A stretch of DNA of 64,000 nucleotides from a virus (taxonomy: Duplodnaviria > Caudoviricetes). Both the position numbers and the translations under genes were made by a program. Below are positions 10,263-19,794 of the stretch, one piece after another; the stretch's first letter is position 1, and every line of letters begins with the position of its first letter. The notes beneath the pieces are model-generated. The model was not told where the DNA came from and did no database searches. It saw nothing but the letters and a program-made list of their open reading frames with translations. The stretch spans positions 1-64,000 of IMG/VR virus record IMGVR_UViG_3300031867_000035. One strand, written 5' to 3'.

Positions 10263-10300
10263 AAAAACCTCCTTGAATTTTATAATGCTTTCTTTCCTTA

Positions 10301-10343
10301 ATTATAGCAAATAATTGCAAAGAAATAAAGTCTATGCTATAAT
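10301..10343. promoter_or_regulatory. divergent promoter pair
   Basis: + strand TTGCAA(10315)-N17-TATAAT(10338) with TG; - strand extended -10 TGCTATAAT at 10301-10309. Confidence 0.7.
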
Positions 10344-10361
10344 AAAACAAAAGGTGAGTAT

Positions 10362-10556
10362 ATGAACTTAGACGATATTTTAAATAATAAATTAAAACAT
10401 CCTAAAAAGAAAAAGAGAGTAAGCTGTCAGAAAATAATCCAGCTTATCCTTGAAGATAAATATGACCCATCAAACCCTACGCACGTAAGAATGAAGAACC
10501 GTGCAGTAGAGGCAGGGGTGATTGATGAGAACCTAAACATAATAGAAAGGAGATAA
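10362..10556 (+). CDS. small basic hypothetical protein
   Basis: ORF directly after promoter; RBS aggtga. Confidence 0.6.
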   Translation: MNLDDILNNKLKHPKKKKRVSCQKIIQLILEDKYDPSNPTHVRMKNRAVEAGVIDENLNIIERR

Positions 10557-10560
10557 AACA

Positions 10561-11382
10561 ATGCCAGGATTAGAAGATTTATTAGGAACAGGTACTGATG
10601 GAGACCAGAAAATTACAGAGAATAGTAAGCAAGTCAACCCATTAGAGGCTAAACCTGACGACTCTGTAACAGGTACTGAAGAGAATCCTTTAGAAAGAAT
10701 GGATGAGATTTCTAAATCAAAAAAGGATTCAAAGAAGAAGGATAAAGAAGATAAGACACTAGACAGTGCAACTATCGAAGATATGTTAATGACAGGTGAA
10801 AACACCAGAGGAATGTTTGAACCTAATGATAAAGAACCTGAAGGTAATGAACCAAAATTAAATGAAGAAGTAGATGAGAAAGCTAAAAGAAATTTAGATA
10901 AGGGTGAAGTAAAGCCTTCTGAAAAGTATGCAAAAAATTTTAAGAATGATTTATTAAAACACCCTGAAGCATACACGGTTCAAACACCTCAAGGAGAAAT
11001 GACAATAGCAGAAGCTATTAAAAGAGGCTATAATCCTATTACAAAAAGATTTGAGAAGGAACATAATCAGCAAAATATAAGAGAATCTTTCTTAAATAAA
11101 CTGAATGATTCAGACAGAAGGAGTCTAGAAAGAATAACTGACCCAAGTGCAGCACAAGTTGCACCTGCAGATGCTGAAATGTATGGGTTAGATGCGTCAT
11201 CTCCTATGGTTAGACAGCAGCCACAGCAACAGATGGCTCCTCAACCAATGCAACCAGCAGGACAACCAACAGGGCAGCCTCAAGGAATGATGCCTACAGG
11301 ACAACAGATGCCTGGTTCTGAAGAATCAATGGCAGCGGGAGCAAATCCCTTAGCAGCTTTATTAGGAGGAGGTAATCAATAA
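10561..11382 (+). CDS. hypothetical protein, charged N-half and Q/P/M-rich C-terminus (possible internal virion protein)
   Basis: ORF with RBS aggag; low-complexity QQPQQQMAPQPMQP tail. Confidence 0.65.
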   Translation: MPGLEDLLGTGTDGDQKITENSKQVNPLEAKPDDSVTGTEENPLERMDEISKSKKDSKKKDKEDKTLDSATIEDMLMTGENTRGMFEPNDKEPEGNEPKLNEEVDEKAKRNLDKGEVKPSEKYAKNFKNDLLKHPEAYTVQTPQGEMTIAEAIKRGYNPITKRFEKEHNQQNIRESFLNKLNDSDRRSLERITDPSAAQVAPADAEMYGLDASSPMVRQQPQQQMAPQPMQPAGQPTGQPQGMMPTGQQMPGSEESMAAGANPLAALLGGGNQ

Positions 11383-13505
11383 TGCCTAGAGTTATACGTA
11401 CAGGAAGAATTGACCCTATTACAGGTGAAGAAGAATCTGAAGTAGTACCACCAAATTATAAAAACCATCAAGAAAATACAGATGAGAGTACAAATATTTA
11501 TAACCCAGAAAATAATCAATCCTATTATAATCTAGGAGAAACTGTTTCAACTAAAGACAACCCAAGTAAAACCACCCTAGAAAGTGGGAAGAATACTGGT
11601 TCAGGAGTTGAGGCTGCACTAGAAAGTGATGGATATAAATGGGATAGAGATGCTAAAAAGATGGCAGAAAATACTTATCAGCAAAAAGTTCTAGAAGAAA
11701 AGCAAGGAATGCTAACCCAGCGTCAAGAATTAGAGAAAAATGCTCAGCAATACCAGACTCAAGCTGATATGCAGAAGTACTCTGATAACCAGACAGCAGA
11801 CAAGGTGGGCTGGACGGGAGGATATGTTCTTGACCAAGAACGTCAGCGTGAATATATGAAGCAGTCCATTCAAGCACAGCTTTACGGAGCTATGGAGCTA
11901 CAAAAATATGGTTATGATACAGCAATGGCTGCGGCAAGATTAAGCTATGATGCTAACTTATTAAATTATTCACAGGAATATTATAATCAAGCAGTCCAAA
12001 ATGCTATAGCTGAAGGCAATCTATTAGGCACATATTTTTCTGCAGAAGTTAAAGAAATGCTACAGCAATACACTATAGCTGGAGAAAAATTACAGGACTC
12101 ATCATTACCTGACAATGAGAAGAAAAGAGCACAAAAAATAGTTAATAGTATTAATGGATGGTTTGGAGAAAATAATATCTCTCCAGCAGGAATTAAGACG
12201 GCGGCTCAATGGAGTGCAGAACTAACTGCAGAAAATCAAAGAAATGACTTACTTTGGACTCAATTTAATTCAGCAATGAACGTAGCTAATAATACTAAAA
12301 AAGAAAACTCTTCAGCATTTATTATGCTTGATGATAAAGGTAATCCTATATATGATGGATATAGTATAAAAATGGGTGACTGGAATACTATAGATGGAAA
12401 AGAAATAGTAGAAAACTATTTAAGCAATGACCCTTCTGGTCAACGTAGACAAGAATTCTTTGGCTATTTAGATACTCAATTAGCAGGTCAGAGTAGGTCA
12501 GACTTCATTGACTGGTTAAAAGCTAAGGGATATATGGAAAAAGATGGTACAATTCAAGGAGATACTAAAGAATTATATGGAAAATTCTTAGGAGAATCTG
12601 ATGTATTTGCTAACTTCATTGAAAAGAAATTTGGAGATTTATCTCCTGAAGATAAAAAAATACTAGCTAAGAAATTAAATGGTTATGATTTAACTGTAAA
12701 CTTACCTGATGGTAAGACAACAACATATACCCTAAAAATTACAAAAGAATCAGGTGGTTCATCTGATGGTTCATCTGGTGGTTCATCTGGTAGTTCATCT
12801 GGAAATGGTACTGATAAAAAGTCTACAGAAACATTTGATTTAATTCTAAAGAAAACATATACAACAGCTAATCAAGATGATATGTTAAATACACTTTTTA
12901 ATACAGATAGTAATGGAGAATTAACAAATGAAAATTTTAAAACTCTTTTTCAAACACTTGAAAGCTGTACTCAATCAAACCCAGATACTTGGGATGAAGA
13001 TAATGGTTGGTGGAACTTTCTAAAAGGTACTTATGGATATGGAAGTTATGCTGAAGCAATAAATTCCTGGGCTACAGCAACAGATAATTGGGAAAAAACA
13101 AAGGCTGTAGGAAAAATTCTAGAAAATATTTCAGACTCTATAGGCCCAGAAAATTTAGAGTTATTAAAAAATATAGCAGATAAATGGACAAATATGTCAA
13201 AAAGAGATAGAGAATTACTATCTGATGAACAAAAAACTTATTATGAAAAAGCTACAAACTTTATGACAAAAGTAACACAAATAAAAGAAGCTTATGATTA
13301 TTATAGTAGAAATGATTCAAACCCATTTACGTGGAGTTATGTAGGAGATACTTGGGCAAAAGTAAGCCATAGCTGGTCCAATATGAATTCATTTGGAGAT
13401 TTCTGGGGAGCGTTAGGAAGTTCATTTAGTGCTGTAGGAACATCCGTTGTATCAGGACTCGGAGGACTCATTAAAAATTTATTTTTTACTTGGACTTGGG
13501 ATTAA
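11382..13505 (+). CDS. probable virion ejection/pilot-like protein
   Basis: Q/A-rich coiled-coil N-half, GGSS linker, Trp/Gly-rich amphipathic C-terminus; function inferred only. Confidence 0.45.
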   Translation: MPRVIRTGRIDPITGEEESEVVPPNYKNHQENTDESTNIYNPENNQSYYNLGETVSTKDNPSKTTLESGKNTGSGVEAALESDGYKWDRDAKKMAENTYQQKVLEEKQGMLTQRQELEKNAQQYQTQADMQKYSDNQTADKVGWTGGYVLDQERQREYMKQSIQAQLYGAMELQKYGYDTAMAAARLSYDANLLNYSQEYYNQAVQNAIAEGNLLGTYFSAEVKEMLQQYTIAGEKLQDSSLPDNEKKRAQKIVNSINGWFGENNISPAGIKTAAQWSAELTAENQRNDLLWTQFNSAMNVANNTKKENSSAFIMLDDKGNPIYDGYSIKMGDWNTIDGKEIVENYLSNDPSGQRRQEFFGYLDTQLAGQSRSDFIDWLKAKGYMEKDGTIQGDTKELYGKFLGESDVFANFIEKKFGDLSPEDKKILAKKLNGYDLTVNLPDGKTTTYTLKITKESGGSSDGSSGGSSGSSSGNGTDKKSTETFDLILKKTYTTANQDDMLNTLFNTDSNGELTNENFKTLFQTLESCTQSNPDTWDEDNGWWNFLKGTYGYGSYAEAINSWATATDNWEKTKAVGKILENISDSIGPENLELLKNIADKWTNMSKRDRELLSDEQKTYYEKATNFMTKVTQIKEAYDYYSRNDSNPFTWSYVGDTWAKVSHSWSNMNSFGDFWGALGSSFSAVGTSVVSGLGGLIKNLFFTWTWD
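12753..12800 (+). repeat. 12-bp tandem repeat x4 (GGSS linker)
   Basis: GGTGGTTCATCT GATGGTTCATCT GGTGGTTCATCT GGTAGTTCATCT. Confidence 0.9.
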
Positions 13506-13515
13506 AGGAGAATAT

Positions 13516-13788
13516 ATGAAAATTAATTGTTTAAATGGTAATATTATTGTAAGAGTAACTGAGGAAAAGGTTACTACAAAAGCAGGACTGATTGTTAATA
13601 CAACAGAACAAAGAGGAAAAAGAACTATTATTACAGGGGAAATAATTTATTCTAACAGGAAAGACAGCTTACAGAAAGGAAGCATTGTATACTTCCCTAT
13701 GTTTGCAGCTCAGCCGATTAGCCTTGATGGGCTAGACTACGCTGCAGTTAATGCGAAGGATGTTATCCTAGTAAAAGAAAATGAATGA
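13516..13788 (+). CDS. groES: co-chaperonin GroES-like
   Basis: KINCLNGNIIVR, mobile loop TTKAGLIVN, GEII, KGSIVYF, KDVILV align with Cpn10; RBS aaggag. Confidence 0.8.
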   Translation: MKINCLNGNIIVRVTEEKVTTKAGLIVNTTEQRGKRTIITGEIIYSNRKDSLQKGSIVYFPMFAAQPISLDGLDYAAVNAKDVILVKENE

Positions 13789-13900
13789 TGCTCTAAAAAT
13801 TATTTTAGTATTCCTACTTGTACTAATTATTGTACCTGTAATAATATGGATAGCATTAAGTAATGCAGATAAAAACAAAGATGAAAATGAAAAGGACTAA
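13781..13900 (+). CDS. 39-aa single-pass membrane peptide
   Basis: MNDALKIILVFLLVLIIVPVIIWIALSNADKNKDENEKD; start overlaps groES stop; below the ORF-track cutoff. Confidence 0.6.
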   Translation: MNDALKIILVFLLVLIIVPVIIWIALSNADKNKDENEKD

Positions 13901-13915
13901 TATTCAAGGAGATTT

Positions 13916-15430
13916 ATGAAAACAAAGCAAACAAAAATTATTAAAACAACATTTCAGAAAATGTCTGATATTGTAACACCAACAATGGGAGCGAAAGGAA
14001 GACTAGCTGTCTTACAGGATGAGCTATCCAGGCCTTTCCTTACAGATGATGGAGTCACTGTTGCAAAAGAATGTATGAATTTTGAGGATGCATTTGAAAA
14101 GATGATAGCGATGTCGATAATTGAAGCAGCCAATAATACGGAGAAGCGTGCTTTTGACGGCACAACATTAACTGTATTATTAACGAATGAGTTCTACAAA
14201 GCAGGCCTTCGTCTAATTAAGAGAGGCAAGCATCCTCAGGAAGCAGCAAAAATTATTGAGAAGGAAATTGATGCAGCACTAGCTTACATAGCTAAGATTA
14301 AAAAGCCTATCACAGATAGAGACACGGTGAGAAACGTAGCGAACATCACTACAAAGATACCTGTGATAGGAGAGCTTGTAGCAAGAGCTTATGATTATGC
14401 TGGAAATAATATGAATGTTGTTATCGAACACGATAGAAAATCGAAAGAGTCTTCTATTGAACACGTAGACGGTATGGTAATTGATTCAGGATACTTCTCT
14501 GATGAGATGAAGCAGCTATGCGACAGCGAAGGAAAATGGGAAGCGAACAATGCAAAGCTAATATTATTAGCTGAAGGAATGCTTACCAGAAATGGATTGA
14601 ATTGTCTATTTAAATCCATAGAAAATCCTAACCAACCATTAGTATTCATCTTATCCAAGGACTTTAATCCTGAAAGCTTAAAGATAATCCTAGACAACCT
14701 AATCCAAAACAAGTTGAGGTTTATGATTGTCTTTATAAATGATAGTAAACCTGAAGAGGTATTCTTAGATATTGCTGCACGCTCTAATGGAAAGATTCAA
14801 TCTGCTACATTAGGAACAACGGACTACAGTTTAGAGTATGCTGGTACAGCAGACAAGATTATTATTGAACAGGACAAGACGACAATACTATGCAAGGGTG
14901 ATGACAAAGCTATTGAAGCGAGAGTTAAATCCTACAGGAAAGAGCTAGAAGACAAAGAGTTTAACACGGGAATGATTCGTGCTGATGTAATAAACCGAAG
15001 ACTTGCAAACTTAACTGCAGGCGTAACAAAGATTAAGATTGCTGCACAAACAATTACTGAGTACACAACGATTCGTTTGAAACTAGATGATGCGATAGGA
15101 GCAGTAAGATGTTCCTGTAGAGATGGAATACTACCAGGAGGAGGCAAAGCCTTATACATTACTTCTCTTATAAAGGAAACTAAGAACATTAAACAGGCAC
15201 TTCAAAGTCCTTGCTTGAAAATCATTGAGAATGCAGGATTGAAAAAGCCTGGAAGAAATGTATTGGAGACTGAGGACCGTGGGCTAGATGTAAATACAAA
15301 CAAAGTGGTTAACCTCTATAATGAAGGCATCATTGATAGCTTTACAAGTGTAGATACAGCAGTAAGAAATGCACAATCTATAGCTTGCAGTTATCTAAAA
15401 GCCTATATCATAATTAACCAAACTGCATAA
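13916..15430 (+). CDS. groEL: chaperonin GroEL-like (Cpn60)
   Basis: TMGAKGR, TDDGVTVAKE, FDGTTTLTVL, VDGMVIDSGY, LANLTAGV, KLDDAIGA, GILPGGG, GIIDS; no GGM tail. Confidence 0.92.
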   Translation: MKTKQTKIIKTTFQKMSDIVTPTMGAKGRLAVLQDELSRPFLTDDGVTVAKECMNFEDAFEKMIAMSIIEAANNTEKRAFDGTTLTVLLTNEFYKAGLRLIKRGKHPQEAAKIIEKEIDAALAYIAKIKKPITDRDTVRNVANITTKIPVIGELVARAYDYAGNNMNVVIEHDRKSKESSIEHVDGMVIDSGYFSDEMKQLCDSEGKWEANNAKLILLAEGMLTRNGLNCLFKSIENPNQPLVFILSKDFNPESLKIILDNLIQNKLRFMIVFINDSKPEEVFLDIAARSNGKIQSATLGTTDYSLEYAGTADKIIIEQDKTTILCKGDDKAIEARVKSYRKELEDKEFNTGMIRADVINRRLANLTAGVTKIKIAAQTITEYTTIRLKLDDAIGAVRCSCRDGILPGGGKALYITSLIKETKNIKQALQSPCLKIIENAGLKKPGRNVLETEDRGLDVNTNKVVNLYNEGIIDSFTSVDTAVRNAQSIACSYLKAYIIINQTA

Positions 15431-15432
15431 TC

Positions 15433-15470
15433 AAAAAGGTCTCTAATAAATAGAGGCCTTCTTTATTTAT
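15433..15470. terminator. bidirectional terminator between convergent blocks
   Basis: stem AAGGTCTCTA/TAGAGGCCTT flanked by A-run and T-run. Confidence 0.75.
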
Positions 15471-15479
15471 ACAGTCAGA

Positions 15480-15929
15480 TTATTTCTTATAAATTACTCC
15501 ACCAAAAGAATGAATCTTTTTATTAGGAGATTCATAAGGCTGAATGTTTACCTGAAGCTTAGTGATTTTAAGTAGAGTGTTAAAGAATAAACTCATCTGA
15601 CTTAAAATATGAGCTCTACAGAATTCAGCAACCTCGCCAACCTTAGTACAAGACGCAAGGTTTAAGGTATGTAACTTAGTTAATTGAATAAAAGATTCAG
15701 CTTTTAAAAATGGGTGAGAATCCACACGTAATGTATAAGTAAAATCAGGAGAATTATGATAAGTATCTTGAGAAGTAACTTTACAAGCTAAAACATTTCC
15801 ATTATCCACAGCAATAACCATAAACAAAGCTCTTTGAACATTACCATTAGCAAAGGTTTTAATGTTACCATTTAAATCAATATAAGGAGAAGTAATTATA
15901 TCGAAAGTCTTTAAAAAAGTGTAAGCCAT
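15480..15929 (-). CDS. PemK/MazF-like endoribonuclease-fold protein
   Basis: QRALFMVIAV..LACKVTSQ..FLKAESFIQLTKLHTL..KVGEV fits the PemK pattern with catalytic-type R and T. Confidence 0.6.
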   Translation of the reverse strand: MAYTFLKTFDIITSPYIDLNGNIKTFANGNVQRALFMVIAVDNGNVLACKVTSQDTYHNSPDFTYTLRVDSHPFLKAESFIQLTKLHTLNLASCTKVGEVAEFCRAHILSQMSLFFNTLLKITKLQVNIQPYESPNKKIHSFGGVIYKK

Positions 15930-15930
15930 A

Positions 15931-17214
15931 TTATTTCACCTCCTTTCTATTCTTGCTAATAAACTTGGAAAATATTTTCCAGAAGAACCAAATCTCAACA
16001 GGAGTATACAAAGTATTAAGAGGATACTGAGCCTGATAAGCAGGATTAGTAGAACCAATAAGACTAGCTAACCTTCGCCATATATCAGACCTAACCTCTA
16101 AATTACTCATATCAGAAACATAAGTAAGATATTTAATCATAAACTCAGGGCCAGTCTTAGGTTTGAATTCGGATAGATATGCTTTAATATCTGCACGAGC
16201 AATAAGCATCTCATTAAAGTCTTTATATTCTTGAGGAGTATAAACAACTCTAAAATAAATATCTTTATGCTGCTCAATAATACTTAAAGTATGCTTTAAA
16301 CCAGCACCATCGTGGTCTAAGGAAAGAATAATATTCTTACCAGACAAAGTTGAGATATGAGAAGATGTGAATGCTGTACCCATAGCTGCAACAACATTAG
16401 GAATACCACAAGTAACTAAAGATAAAGCATCCATATAACCTTCAACGACATAAACAGATGGATAAGACTTAGCTTTATGATAATTAAATAAAGCATAAGA
16501 CTTCTTAAAGAATGAAGTCTCACAAGAATTGATATACTTAGGAAGATTAGGGTCTAAACTTCTTCCACTAAAGGCTATAACATCTCCTTTAGTATTAGTT
16601 ATAGGGAAAATATATCTATCTGAAAAGACACATTCACCATAAGAATTATATAAACCATCAACTAAAGGAAGATTAAGTTGAATCAAAATATCTTTTAAAG
16701 ATATATGTTTACCTTCATCAGTAACAAATACACTAGGACAATAACCTAATTTGTATTCGTCAATAACTTCTTTAGATAAACCTCTATCTTCAAAATATTT
16801 TGGATTAGGATTGACACCAGATTTATAACAAAAAGCAAATAACTTTGCTACATAATTATAAGTCTTAGTGTAATCAAGATACTCCTGATTAGGTTGAGAA
16901 GTAGAGTCTTCATACTCAATATTAAAATGAGTGCAAATTTCTTTAGCAGCATCCACATCGGTTGCAAAGCCATAATAATTTTTAACAAAAGCAATAGAAT
17001 CACCTTGAGAACCACAAGAGAAACACTTATACTTATCAAGGATGTTCTTTGTCTTACCATAAAGACCGAAACAAGGCGTGTTAGTACCAGCACCACAAAT
17101 AGGACAACTCATTAAAGTGTTGCGTCTTCTCTGAGGAACAGCAACACCACACATATCAGTTAATACTGATAATAAATCAACAGATTTAGCAGCTTCAAAT
17201 AATTTCATTTCCAT
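15931..17214 (-). CDS. dnaG: DnaG-type DNA primase
   Basis: Zn finger CPIC..KCFSC, FPI..VIAFSGR, KYINS, toprim VVEGYMDA, LSLDHDGAG. Confidence 0.92.
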   Translation of the reverse strand: MEMKLFEAAKSVDLLSVLTDMCGVAVPQRRRNTLMSCPICGAGTNTPCFGLYGKTKNILDKYKCFSCGSQGDSIAFVKNYYGFATDVDAAKEICTHFNIEYEDSTSQPNQEYLDYTKTYNYVAKLFAFCYKSGVNPNPKYFEDRGLSKEVIDEYKLGYCPSVFVTDEGKHISLKDILIQLNLPLVDGLYNSYGECVFSDRYIFPITNTKGDVIAFSGRSLDPNLPKYINSCETSFFKKSYALFNYHKAKSYPSVYVVEGYMDALSLVTCGIPNVVAAMGTAFTSSHISTLSGKNIILSLDHDGAGLKHTLSIIEQHKDIYFRVVYTPQEYKDFNEMLIARADIKAYLSEFKPKTGPEFMIKYLTYVSDMSNLEVRSDIWRRLASLIGSTNPAYQAQYPLNTLYTPVEIWFFWKIFSKFISKNRKEVK

Positions 17215-17225
17215 TTTTCCTCCAA

Positions 17226-17471
17226 TTAAATTTCGAAATTTTTAGCAGAATAACTGTAGTCAGAATCCTGAAGCCAATCAGGATTACTTTCAAGAATAAC
17301 ATTAAGAAGATTTTCTTTCTCCTCAAAATCCCAAGAATCTTCAACTTGGTCATCAATAACAGCTAAAACAAAAGCAGGAGGGTCTATGAAAGAGTCGTGC
17401 TCCTCATCATAAACCCATACCTGTTTAGTATTAAAACCTGTAACTGCGTAACATTTCTTAAAGTTCACCAT
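17226..17471 (-). CDS. acidic hypothetical protein
   Basis: ORF with RBS aggaggtg. Confidence 0.7.
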   Translation of the reverse strand: MVNFKKCYAVTGFNTKQVWVYDEEHDSFIDPPAFVLAVIDDQVEDSWDFEEKENLLNVILESNPDWLQDSDYSYSAKNFEI

Positions 17472-17484
17472 AAAATCACCTCCT

Positions 17485-19782
17485 TTACATAAAGAATTTC
17501 TTAGCTACTTCTTCATAAATATCTGAAGGTAACTTAGTAACAATCTCATCAATAGAATAAGATTTAATAATAAGACCATTAATATCTCTCCATTGGCGAG
17601 GGGAGAAATCTAAACCTAAAATAAACACCAAAGCGTTATCTGCAATAGCTTGAGCAATTTCAGTATCAAGATAATCAACAGAACCATCAGTGGCAATAAG
17701 AACTATCTTATAATATTTAGCATCCTTAAAATAGTAATCATTTAAAACAAAGTTTAAAGCACCCATAATATCAGTACCACCTTCATCAGTAATAAACTTA
17801 AGTGCAGTTGTTAATTCTGAAGGATTACTAAAAGGAACATCTAAATCAAAAGGCTTAACAAGAGTAGTATCATCAGTGAAGGTCAAAAGACAAGATTGAA
17901 TATGAACAGCATTAAAGGCATACATTAAACCTTCAAATGCTTGCTTAGCAAATTCAAGTTTATCTCCAGCCATACTTCCAGAGACATCTAATAAGAAATA
18001 AGCGAGAATATCTTTACCAACAGGAGCAGGATATTCTTCTTTATAAATATTTAAAGACTTCTCTACAAAGTAATCAACTATAGCTTCCTCATCTAGTTCT
18101 CCTTGTTCTAGACCACGAACAACAACATCAGATTGAGTATATAATCTCTGCAATACTGAGGTAGCTTCATTATAAATATCAATAACCAAATTCTCAGGCT
18201 TAGATTTAATATAAGAAGGAGAGAAATACTGAGAAACACCATAGATTACATTAGAGTTAATGCTATTAACAACATCCTCATCAAGAGAAAGATTATCATC
18301 ATACTCACTTTCAGAATTAAAATCTTGAGAAACATCTTTAAGAGCTTCTTCAAGTAAGTCTTTCATCTCTTCCTCAGTTAAAGAATCATTATCATCGTCA
18401 GGAGAAGGAGCAGCTGCATCTTCACCACCAGAAGACTCGCTAGAATTATCTTCAGAGTCTCCATCAGACTCTTCCTCAATGTCTCCGTCAGACTCTTCCT
18501 CAGCATTAGAATCTCCCTCAGTATCTTCATTGGAATCTTCACCAGAATCTTCATCAGAATCTTCATTGGAATCTTCATCAGAATCTTCTTCAGCTTCAGC
18601 TTCATCTTCAATATCATCTTCAATATCATCTTCAGAATCTTCTTCATCTAATTCCTTAGAATCTTCTGTATCTTCGGAATCTTCCTCATCTGATTCTTCT
18701 TCGTCTGATTCTTCTTCGGAATCTTCAGAATCTTCAGACTCATCATCCTCATCATACTCATCATCCTCATCAGAAGAACTAGAAGAACTTGAACTAGAAG
18801 AACTATCGGAAGTATCTTCACTGTTATTAGGGCTCTCGCTATTAACACACTCGTCATCCTCTTCATCTTCTGATTCATCGCTAGACTGAGTAGATTTATA
18901 TAACTTAGGCTGGTCTAATAGGTCGCCAGCACTAGAAGTCTTACTACCTGCTTTATTAACTAGCACTAATAAATCCTTATAGATTAAAGGACATAAAGTA
19001 CCAACAGTATATCTACATCTAAGCTTAGTATCTGTGATACGAATAGCAGTATCAAAAGCATCCAATGTTTCTTGAGACCAAGCAAAATATTCTGGATGAT
19101 TCCACATAGATTGAACATCCGAATCATATTCATTATATACTTTCATAATAAACCAGAAAAGCTTTTGCTTTATATTTAACTCAAAATTAGAAATATTAGC
19201 AGCTTCAACTTGCTTTACTATAGAAGTAAAAGACTGAACAGGTAAAGCACCTTGAGTAATACGAATACCTTCTTTGAAAACCTTTATAATATAATTTGTA
19301 TTGAAATCCATACAGAATTTCTTTTGAATTACACTGTCTTCAACTACATTATTAACATACGTAATTAAGAATCCAGGTAAATCAGGACATAATTCAAGAG
19401 CATAAGCTTTTAAATTCTTGATAGAATCTGTATATAAATAATGACCTAATTCGTGTAATGCACAGAAGTCTCTATACATCTCAGCAAATTCTTTATAAGT
19501 GGACTTCATATCATAATAATCACTTCCAGAGATTAAGTCACCATCCTTAACAGATAATGGATTAGCTTCAATAACCTTAAGAACAAGAGCTCTAGGATTA
19601 AAAACTATCTTATGATTAATCATATTGATAGCGGCAAGACCATTAAAATTGTTATCAAATTTTATAGAGATTTTAGAAGTATCAATAAACTTAGATAATA
19701 ATCTCTTAACATCACCAGGATAACTAATATAAGAAACAATATCCCTAACAAAGGATTGTAAATTAAAATTAAAATCAGACAT
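17485..19782 (-). CDS. HExxH metallopeptidase-like / acidic linker / vWA protein (CobT-like)
   Basis: LHELGH and NNVVED in N-domain; MIDAS LLDVSGSM, GGTD, IATDG. Confidence 0.85.
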   Translation of the reverse strand: MSDFNFNLQSFVRDIVSYISYPGDVKRLLSKFIDTSKISIKFDNNFNGLAAINMINHKIVFNPRALVLKVIEANPLSVKDGDLISGSDYYDMKSTYKEFAEMYRDFCALHELGHYLYTDSIKNLKAYALELCPDLPGFLITYVNNVVEDSVIQKKFCMDFNTNYIIKVFKEGIRITQGALPVQSFTSIVKQVEAANISNFELNIKQKLFWFIMKVYNEYDSDVQSMWNHPEYFAWSQETLDAFDTAIRITDTKLRCRYTVGTLCPLIYKDLLVLVNKAGSKTSSAGDLLDQPKLYKSTQSSDESEDEEDDECVNSESPNNSEDTSDSSSSSSSSSSSDEDDEYDEDDESEDSEDSEEESDEEESDEEDSEDTEDSKELDEEDSEDDIEDDIEDEAEAEEDSDEDSNEDSDEDSGEDSNEDTEGDSNAEEESDGDIEEESDGDSEDNSSESSGGEDAAAPSPDDDNDSLTEEEMKDLLEEALKDVSQDFNSESEYDDNLSLDEDVVNSINSNVIYGVSQYFSPSYIKSKPENLVIDIYNEATSVLQRLYTQSDVVVRGLEQGELDEEAIVDYFVEKSLNIYKEEYPAPVGKDILAYFLLDVSGSMAGDKLEFAKQAFEGLMYAFNAVHIQSCLLTFTDDTTLVKPFDLDVPFSNPSELTTALKFITDEGGTDIMGALNFVLNDYYFKDAKYYKIVLIATDGSVDYLDTEIAQAIADNALVFILGLDFSPRQWRDINGLIIKSYSIDEIVTKLPSDIYEEVAKKFFM
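18380..18890 (-). repeat. Asp/Glu/Ser low-complexity tract inside the vWA gene
   Basis: degenerate TCTTC(A/T)TC repeats encoding about 170 aa of D/E/S. Confidence 0.85.
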
Positions 19783-19794
19783 AATATTTTCCTC

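Noticed and set aside
18378-18889. Alternative-frame and antisense ORFs over the acidic tract (18378-18647, 18479-18889, 18648-18878)
   Set aside because: Artefacts of stop-free low-complexity sequence inside the vWA gene; no RBS
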